64,000 bases of DNA, taken from the NCBI GenBank assembly GCA_041287245.1, contig JBEULP010000003.1, positions 64,001 to 128,000 of the forward strand, read 5' to 3'. The translations under genes and the position numbers were made by a program. The DNA is from Infirmifilum sp. (lineage in GTDB: Archaea > Thermoproteota > Thermoprotei > Thermofilales > Thermofilaceae). Below, piece by piece: positions 57,495-64,000 of this stretch. The first letter of the stretch is position 1. Each line of letters starts with the position of its first letter. Under the pieces are notes generated by a model, which saw only the letters and a list, made by a program, of their open reading frames with translations, was not told the DNA's origin and did not search any database.

Positions 57495-58688
57495 TTATAT
57501 AATTAATTGTTCCAGTTTCTGCGAGACTCGCTCTAGGACCTCGTTGTTCGCTAACCCCTCCCACTCCACTGCCTCGACACTCATGAAGCCAAACCCTTTA
57601 AGCTTCTCGACAATCTTCTTACCGGCAATCCCCGACCAAGCATACGGCGCCAGAACCAAGAACCGAAGGTCCCTCCTGTAAGACAGTTTTTCTCCGATGA
57701 TATCCACAAGAAACCTAATCAACGGCTGCACATCAGCCTCATACGTAGCAGCGCCAAGAACCACTAGCCTCGAGTCAGTCATGCTTGCCAAGGCGTCTGA
57801 GACGTTCGCCCTGGAAGAATCCGTAAACGCGTAAACCTCAACAGGTATTGATCGTGCCTTTAAAACTTCTCCTACATGGCTAGCTACAGCCTCCACATTC
57901 CCATACATAGAAACATATATTATTGTCGCCTTGTTCACCGACTTCCCCTCTGCCAGATTAGAATAAAAGTTCAAAACATCCTTTATATGCGAACGCAAAA
58001 TCGTCCCGTGCCCCGGGGCTATGACGCGGGGGGTTATTGCAGCTTCCTCCAGCTTCCTGATAGCTTTCGACACATTGGGAGCATAATGGCCTATCACGGT
58101 CACGAAATACTTCCTGATTTCTCGCTCAAGCTCAACGAGATCCACCTCATCGTCGAAGAGAGGCTGTAGAGAGTAGCTGCCGAAGGCATCGCACGTGAGC
58201 AGTACACCATATTCCTGTAGGTAGGTTATTGAAGTCTCTGGCCAGTGCAGCCAGGGCGTGTGGATAAACTTCGCGGGAGTCCCAATGTCAATGGTTGCAC
58301 CGTCGGGTAAAGGCTTGAACCGTGATACTCCGTAGAAGCTCTTGAGCATTTTTCCAGCGAGGGGGTGCCCGTAAAAGACCGCTTTGCTGTTTACTTGTGC
58401 GAGTTTTTTAATGCTGCCGCTGTGGTCGGGCTCCAAATGATGTACAATAACTTCGGTGATATCCCTAGGGTCGGCAACGCTTTTCAACGTCTCGAGAAAT
58501 AAATCTGCATACCGCTCCTTCCACCCATCGAATAGAACTACGTGATCTCCTTTGACGAGTAAATAGGCGTTATAACTTATGCGCTCGGGAATCTCCCAGA
58601 GAGCCTCGAAAAAAACTGTATGAACGTCGTCGACTCGTAGAACATAGAGATCATCGGCCACTTTACCGAGATAAACTTTTTCAACCAT
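57495..58688 (-). CDS. FprA-type flavodiiron protein
   Basis: HHLEPDH, LHWPET, CDAFG, PGHG, YVSMYGN flavodoxin. Confidence 0.9.
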   Translation of the reverse strand: MVEKVYLGKVADDLYVLRVDDVHTVFFEALWEIPERISYNAYLLVKGDHVVLFDGWKERYADLFLETLKSVADPRDITEVIVHHLEPDHSGSIKKLAQVNSKAVFYGHPLAGKMLKSFYGVSRFKPLPDGATIDIGTPAKFIHTPWLHWPETSITYLQEYGVLLTCDAFGSYSLQPLFDDEVDLVELEREIRKYFVTVIGHYAPNVSKAIRKLEEAAITPRVIAPGHGTILRSHIKDVLNFYSNLAEGKSVNKATIIYVSMYGNVEAVASHVGEVLKARSIPVEVYAFTDSSRANVSDALASMTDSRLVVLGAATYEADVQPLIRFLVDIIGEKLSYRRDLRFLVLAPYAWSGIAGKKIVEKLKGFGFMSVEAVEWEGLANNEVLERVSQKLEQLII

Positions 58689-58766
58689 TACGTTTTAAAC
58701 AGAAATACAAATTATTTAATTGTATCGGCGCATAAACATTATAACGAGGTGTGAGTCAGCTTCAAG

Positions 58767-59039
58767 GTGAGGAGCATGGCACAGGAAATTAAGCCTCAAA
58801 TCAGAAACGCGATTGAAATTTTGAAGCAAATCGCTGATGATAGAGGCGTACCTAGAAACATACGTAGAGTCGCCACCGAAGCCATAGAGATTCTAATGGA
58901 CAACAAGATGTCTACGGGGCTGAGAGCCGCCACAGTTATTTCGAAGCTGGATGAAATATCCACCGACCCGAACATGCCGCTCTTCGCGCGTACAAAGATA
59001 TGGCAAGTAACCTCTCTACTAGAACAGGTCAAGGATTAA
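58767..59039 (+). CDS. UPF0147 family protein
   Basis: VPRNIRR, DPNMP..ARTKIW. Confidence 0.88.
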   Translation: MRSMAQEIKPQIRNAIEILKQIADDRGVPRNIRRVATEAIEILMDNKMSTGLRAATVISKLDEISTDPNMPLFARTKIWQVTSLLEQVKD

Positions 59040-60061
59040 TGAGTGTGCGAAGGTTACCAACGGGTAGCGTCGTATACGGGAGGCTTCCGCAAGGATGCCG
59101 GCTGTGTCAAGAAGGGCTTAAAACTGTTATTTTTCTCACGGGCTTGTGCCCGCTTTCCTGTTTCTATTGCCCGCTGAGTTCGGAGAGGAAAAACCGTGAC
59201 AGGATCTTCATAAACGAATTTGAAAGCAATGAGAGGGATCTAGCTAGGAGAACAGTATTCGAGGTGCTGAGATCCGCCGCCAAAGGTGCAAGCCTGACAG
59301 GTGGGGAGCCCCTGGTAAAGATGGATCGGGCTTTAAGAATCATACAACACCTCAAAGAAGTCTTCGGCGAGGACTTTCACATTCACCTCTACACCAGCGG
59401 GGTTCTCCTAACCCAGGTTGGGCTTGAAAAGCTTGTAGACGCGGGGCTAGATGAGCTACGGATACATGCTCCTCTAAAAATATTAGAGGAGAAAATAAGA
59501 CTCGCAGCCGAGTTCAGAGACAAGCTGTCGATAGGCCTTGAATACCCCGCGCTCCCAGGCGGCGAGGCTACGCTTATAGAAATTGCCGAGCTTGCAGAAA
59601 AATATGAGCTAAGCTTCATAAATCTAAATGAGCTTGAATTCACGGAGACAAACAACTCTTCGCTTCTACTCCGCGGCTATAAGATGAACAGCGATTATAG
59701 GAGCGCGTACGGCAGCCGCGGCACCGCCCTGAAGGTTATACGGTACGCCCGGGCTAAGAACCTTAACCTAACCGTACACTTCTGCCCAGTCGCTGTTAAG
59801 GATTATCAACAGACAGGACTACGCTACTTCCGCACGGGGAACATGATAGCACGCCCCTACCAGTTTCTCACGGACGACGGGACAACACTCGAGATCGTAT
59901 ATCAAGAATTGACGCAGGAAGCCCAGGAGAAAGCAGCAATATACCCCCGGGGACTCCTACATCCCCTCCTATTAGACTATGTTAAAAAGGGTAGATTGGT
60001 CGAGCGGAGCCCCCTTCTAAACTGGCTCAGTATAGAAGAAACACCCGTAGGACAAGAATAG
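59039..60061 (+). CDS. Radical SAM protein (COG2108-like)
   Basis: GCRLC, CPLSCFYCP, LTGGEP, LNELE. Confidence 0.88.
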   Translation: MSVRRLPTGSVVYGRLPQGCRLCQEGLKTVIFLTGLCPLSCFYCPLSSERKNRDRIFINEFESNERDLARRTVFEVLRSAAKGASLTGGEPLVKMDRALRIIQHLKEVFGEDFHIHLYTSGVLLTQVGLEKLVDAGLDELRIHAPLKILEEKIRLAAEFRDKLSIGLEYPALPGGEATLIEIAELAEKYELSFINLNELEFTETNNSSLLLRGYKMNSDYRSAYGSRGTALKVIRYARAKNLNLTVHFCPVAVKDYQQTGLRYFRTGNMIARPYQFLTDDGTTLEIVYQELTQEAQEKAAIYPRGLLHPLLLDYVKKGRLVERSPLLNWLSIEETPVGQE

Positions 60062-60149
60062 AACCATGGAGCTTTCTCTCGCCAAGCTCTATACATGCTC
60101 GCAAACAAAAGGGGTATTAAAAACGGCTGAAGGGGCTTGATAAAACTAG

Positions 60150-60282
60150 TGCCGGGGCCGGGGTTTGAACCCGGGACCTGTCCCGACGCAGGTAGACATC
60201 TACCTATGCGTCTCGGTCTTCAGCCGAGCGCTCTCCATAGCCCGCTCATACCGAGTGAGGCGCCAAGCTGAGCTACCCCGGC
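60150..60282 (-). tRNA. tRNA-Phe(GAA) with two introns (60237-60263 at about 18/19; about 60180-60211 near 43/44)
   Basis: Spliced product GCCGGGG..AGCTTGGGAGAGC..CTCGG-CTGAAGA-CCGAG-AGGTC; the D-loop intron has a clean BHB. Confidence 0.88.
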
Positions 60283-60444
60283 GCACTAGTGTATAGAAAC
60301 ACTTTGGGGGTTATAAACCTTTAGTGGAGAAACCAGGAAGCGCCCAAGACTTTCGCGTCTAAAAATAACTATGGTTGCACACCGCGCGCGGCGCGCGGGT
60401 ATAAGATTTTATGGAGCGCATGAGAATTGTAAAAATTTTTGTTA

Positions 60445-60518
60445 TAGCCCGGCGGGGATTCGAACCCCGGATCTGCGGGGCCAGAGCCCGCCATGCTTGA
60501 CCGCTACACCACCGGGCT
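60445..60518 (-). tRNA. tRNA-Gln(CTG), intronless
   Basis: AGCCCGG acceptor stem, GCGGG-CTCTGGC-CCCGC arm, TTCGAAT loop. Confidence 0.95.
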
Positions 60519-60615
60519 TCGAGATTTTAATAGGGGTGTGAAATTTAAATTTAGCTCTATTAGCAGCCGGAAGCCGTCGTTTTTCTGTTTTCTAAGCGAA
60601 GAGCTTATTTAGCTG

Positions 60616-61065
60616 GTGCAGCTTCGCACTTGGGGGATGTTTTTGCGGATGCGTGCCTTGAAGAGTATAGGAGCTTTCTATGTGAACAAGGATTCAGAGG
60701 TTTTTTGGCTTGATTTGAGCGTTTTAGGTTTCAAGAGGATCAAGGGCGGGGAGAGATTTTTAGAGTATTTTGACAGGGTTTTGGAGTGGGCCAAGGAGTA
60801 TGGCCTAGACCCCGAAGATTACGTGGTGTCAAACTGGGTCATGCGGGTTCAACTGCCTGAAGAGCCTCCGAGGAACGCATTGGTTCTCGTCATAACTTTC
60901 TCGCTAGATAAACGCGTGATATATACTGTTCTAGCCTCCTTTACCCCAGGTGTTTTAACGTATATCAATAATAGAATCAAGAGCGCGGGCTGGAGGAGGG
61001 AATTCTTATTTGATATGACTTTTGAGCGAATAACCGGATACAGCCCTTCTAGCGAAAAAAACTGA
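60616..61065 (+). CDS. Hypothetical protein
   Basis: 149 aa ORF between tRNA genes; start uncertain. Confidence 0.6.
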   Translation: MQLRTWGMFLRMRALKSIGAFYVNKDSEVFWLDLSVLGFKRIKGGERFLEYFDRVLEWAKEYGLDPEDYVVSNWVMRVQLPEEPPRNALVLVITFSLDKRVIYTVLASFTPGVLTYINNRIKSAGWRREFLFDMTFERITGYSPSSEKN

Positions 61066-61146
61066 AAGACTTTTTCACAAGTTTTTACCTTTTGGTTTAC
61101 AATATCTTTTCTTAACGTAAGCGAGCACTCAGAACCTCTAGGCTAG

Positions 61147-61250
61147 TGCGGGGGCCGGGATTCGAACCCGGGTAGGCCGACGCCAGCGGATCTTGAGTCT
61201 GGGCTTCCTCTAAGGAACCGCCCCCTTTGACCTAGCTCGGGCACCCCCGC
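61147..61250 (-). tRNA. tRNA-Leu(CAA) with 19-nt intron at 30/31 (61199-61217)
   Basis: Exons nearly identical to tRNA-Leu(GAG); GGGC:GCCC central helix. Confidence 0.9.
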
Positions 61251-61294
61251 TCTAATATGAAGAGGTTTTACCTGTTTAAAAGCTCTTCGCGCGC

Positions 61295-62059
61295 CTAGAG
61301 TTTTCTCGCTGTTATAATGTAGCCTGTGTGAAGAACTCCAAGGGTCTGTGGGCGGAGCTCACCAGGGATTGGTTGATACTCCCTCATTATGAGTTCAGAG
61401 ACGTTTAACATTTTAAAACCTGCTTTTTTCACGGAATGTAGCGTTTTCTCGACCTGGGACGTAGTTGGGACGAAGACCGTGAAAGAACCTCCATTGGCGA
61501 GCTTTGAATAGGCTTCTTCGACGACCTCCCATGGAGAGGGGAGGTCTATCAGTACAGCGTCAACATCTTCCTCGTCAATGCCTTTCCTTATATCTTTATT
61601 TTTTGCTGTGACGTAAGGCAGTATCCCAAGCATTTCAAAGTTTTTTAGGGCCCGGTCATAGAAATCCTTGCGAATCTCATACGTGTACACGCGACCGCTT
61701 GGTCTAACATACCAGGCTAATATAGCTGTGAGGAATCCAGTCCCCGTACCGGCTTCTACCACAATGCTTCCAGGGCCTATTCCAGCCTCAATCAACATGT
61801 AGCCGAGGTCCTTTGGATAGATAACCTGCGTTGTACGCTGTATCTTCCAGAGTCGGTCGATGAAACTAGCCCTTGAGACCAAGATTTCTTCTCCCACGTT
61901 TGTCTTTACGACGCTTCCATAGGGCAGTCCGATTAGAGATGAAAGATCTATAGAGCCGTGAGTTGTGTGAAAAACCCTGCCCGGCTCTACCCGTACTGTA
62001 TAGCTTTTCTTCTCGTTGTAATAGAGTATAACCCAGTCTCCCTCTCTTATTATAGACAT
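61295..62059 (-). CDS. trmI: tRNA m1A57/58 methyltransferase TrmI
   Basis: TQVIYPKD, EAGTGTG, DLPSPW, HTGY. Confidence 0.93.
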   Translation of the reverse strand: MSIIREGDWVILYYNEKKSYTVRVEPGRVFHTTHGSIDLSSLIGLPYGSVVKTNVGEEILVSRASFIDRLWKIQRTTQVIYPKDLGYMLIEAGIGPGSIVVEAGTGTGFLTAILAWYVRPSGRVYTYEIRKDFYDRALKNFEMLGILPYVTAKNKDIRKGIDEEDVDAVLIDLPSPWEVVEEAYSKLANGGSFTVFVPTTSQVEKTLHSVKKAGFKMLNVSELIMREYQPIPGELRPQTLGVLHTGYIITARKL

Positions 62060-62129
62060 GAAACACCAAATCCTTCCGAGCAAAGATAATTTTATAAGTT
62101 GTGCTGTGTGGGAATTGCAGGTGAAGTTA

Positions 62130-62588
62130 TTGGTAAATGCGAAGTATATACCCCCAAACATGCTGGTTGAAGAGCTGGCAAAGTATCTGAAGGAGAATGT
62201 GAAGGAGATACGGCCGCCAGAGTGGGCTTATTATGCAAAGACGGGGCCCACGAGGGAACGTGTACCCAGCGACCCCGAGTGGTGGTATAAAAGGTGTGCC
62301 GCGCTTCTGAGAAAGGTGTATATTTATGGGCCTGTGGGCATTGAGAGGCTGCGCACGGCGTACGGGGGAAGAACAAAGAATACAGTGAAGCGTAAACACT
62401 TCAGAAAGAGCGGAGGCGCAGCGATTAGAAAGGCGCTCCAGCAACTTGAAGCCGCAGGGCTAGTCACTAAGACCCCGAAGGGGAGGGTTTTGACCGATCG
62501 GGGCAGAGCGATCGTAGACAAAGTGGTCATCTCCGCGTTCAAGAGAATGGCTGAGGAAAGACCAGAGCTTAAAAAATACATAGAATAA
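62130..62588 (+). CDS. rps19e: 30S ribosomal protein S19e
   Basis: PEWAYYAKTG, WWYKR, ALQQLEAAG; TTG start 62130. Confidence 0.95.
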   Translation: MVNAKYIPPNMLVEELAKYLKENVKEIRPPEWAYYAKTGPTRERVPSDPEWWYKRCAALLRKVYIYGPVGIERLRTAYGGRTKNTVKRKHFRKSGGAAIRKALQQLEAAGLVTKTPKGRVLTDRGRAIVDKVVISAFKRMAEERPELKKYIE

Positions 62589-62637
62589 ACGAGCTGTTTT
62601 TATTAGCGTTCTGTGAAGATTATAGTAGGGTGATACT

Positions 62638-62985
62638 TTGAGTTACAGTGAAAATCCTGATGAGCTTGAGGAGATTAAACGGAGAAAACTTCTAGAGTAT
62701 CAAAGGCGACTAGAAGAATCTCAGAACGTCGAGGCACAGCGGGCTGCAGAGGAGGCAAAGCGGCAGGAAATATTGCGGAAAATACTAACGCCTGAGGCCC
62801 GTGCTAGGCTAGCAAATCTGAAGCTGGTTAAGCCCGAGCTGGTGGAGTCTCTAGAGCTACAGCTCATTCAGCTTGCCTCGACGGGGTCTATCCGGCTACC
62901 TATAGATGACGAGGTGCTTAAACAACTGCTGGCTAGACTATCTTCATCCCGCCGCGACATAAAGGTGCGGGTGAACTTCGGCTAA
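62638..62985 (+). CDS. PDCD5-like DNA-binding protein
   Basis: LTPEARARLANLKLVKPE. Confidence 0.92.
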   Translation: MSYSENPDELEEIKRRKLLEYQRRLEESQNVEAQRAAEEAKRQEILRKILTPEARARLANLKLVKPELVESLELQLIQLASTGSIRLPIDDEVLKQLLARLSSSRRDIKVRVNFG

Positions 62986-63048
62986 CCTACTCCCTGCGCG
63001 CAAAGTTTTTTTAAGCTGGACAAGTTGAGCTGAAAAGGGGAGTTGAGC

Positions 63049-63201
63049 ATGGCGCATAACAAACCTTTCGGGAAAAAGGTGAGGTTGGTCGCGGCTGTGA
63101 GAGAGAACCAGCAAGTACCTATTTGGGTTATTTCGAAGACCCTTGGTAAGATGCGTAGAAAGCCCAGACGCAACTGGCGTCGGAGCCGCATGCAGCTGTA
63201 G
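63049..63201 (+). CDS. rpl39e: 50S ribosomal protein L39e
   Basis: Below cutoff: MAHNKPFGKKVRLVAAVRENQQVPIWVISKTLGKMRRKPRRNWRRSRMQL. Confidence 0.93.
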   Translation: MAHNKPFGKKVRLVAAVRENQQVPIWVISKTLGKMRRKPRRNWRRSRMQL

Positions 63202-63211
63202 GTGAGCCGTT

Positions 63212-63508
63212 ATGCCGAAGCTCCAGGAGGGGGAGAACGTCTTCAACATTGTTATACCTCTACGAGACGCCTATAGGGCTCCGCGGAAAAAGAGGGCTAA
63301 AGTTGCGGTACGTCTAGTGAGAGAGTGGGTGGCCCGGCACTTTCACATCACTGGGAGAATCAAGATTGGAAACAAACTTAACGAACTAATATGGAACAGG
63401 AGCATTGAGGCCCCTCCAAAGAGAGTGGCTGTTACCGTCAAGGTAAGCGTCGAGGAGGGTGAGCCCGTAGAAGCCGAGGTAGACCTTGCCTCCAAAGAGG
63501 AACAGTAA
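63212..63508 (+). CDS. rpl31e: 50S ribosomal protein L31e
   Basis: IPLR, KRAKVA, LNELIWNRSIEAPP. Confidence 0.93.
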   Translation: MPKLQEGENVFNIVIPLRDAYRAPRKKRAKVAVRLVREWVARHFHITGRIKIGNKLNELIWNRSIEAPPKRVAVTVKVSVEEGEPVEAEVDLASKEEQ

Positions 63509-63518
63509 GGGCTTTTAT

Positions 63519-64000
63519 ATGTCTACTGTTGAACTAGCAGAAATCTACGGCACATCCCAAGTTGGAGTTTTTATTTTTACAAACGACGAATATGCGTTGA
63601 TCCCAGTTGACGTTCCATCTAAGCTTGAAGACAAGATTATGGAGACGTTAAAAGTCGAGGTTCATAAGACTACGATGGTCGGTTCAAGGCTCCTGGGCGT
63701 GTTGATCGCCGGAAACAATAGTGGTGTTGTACTACCCTACAGCGCCTTGGAGGGTGAGATTCAATTAATCAAAAGCCTAGGGCTTAACGTCGCCGTGCTA
63801 GACGATGTTAAGTTAACGGGCCTCGGCAACCTGATATTAGCTAATGATAAGGGATGCCTGGTGAGCCCGCTCCTACCTCAAAACGCTGTTAATACTATAT
63901 CCGAGGTACTAAACGTTGAGTGTATTGTCGGGGGGGTCGGGGGGAGCCCATTCGCGGGGTCACTCGGTGTCGTGACTAATAGGGGCCTTGCTCTCCCTCC
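63519..64000 (+). CDS. eif6: Translation initiation factor 6 (partial, runs off window)
   Basis: GTSQVGVF..TND, GNNSG, GNLILANDKG; follows rpl31e. Confidence 0.9.
   Translation, partial: MSTVELAEIYGTSQVGVFIFTNDEYALIPVDVPSKLEDKIMETLKVEVHKTTMVGSRLLGVLIAGNNSGVVLPYSALEGEIQLIKSLGLNVAVLDDVKLTGLGNLILANDKGCLVSPLLPQNAVNTISEVLNVECIVGGVGGSPFAGSLGVVTNRGLALP

Noticed and set aside
60519..61146. Orphan ORF between tRNAs as a possible integrated element
   Set aside because: No integrase and no duplicated tRNA end (att site) seen.
1..64000. CRISPR arrays, transposases, rRNA genes
   Set aside because: No regularly spaced repeats, IS ORFs or rRNA-like stretches were found by eye.

Overview
Core, housekeeping-rich region of a crenarchaeal chromosome, most consistent with Thermoproteales (Thermofilum-like). 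This rests on the crenactin/arcade cluster, r-protein S26e and tRNA genes with multiple or non-canonical BHB introns. It carries about 70 CDS, mostly for translation, RNA modification and KEOPS, plus sucCD and a 4-subunit 2-oxoacid:ferredoxin oxidoreductase. There are 7 tRNA genes and 2 C/D-box sRNAs. No CRISPR array or mobile element was seen. Main points of interest: an ORB-containing replication origin with no adjacent cdc6 but a small winged-helix gene; an ArsR-HTH fused to an apparently inactivated class III RNR-like body; a divergent PCNA-like orphan; two complementary TrmY-like paralogs; and tRNAs needing ordered splicing. All calls are from reading the sequence; no database searches were run.
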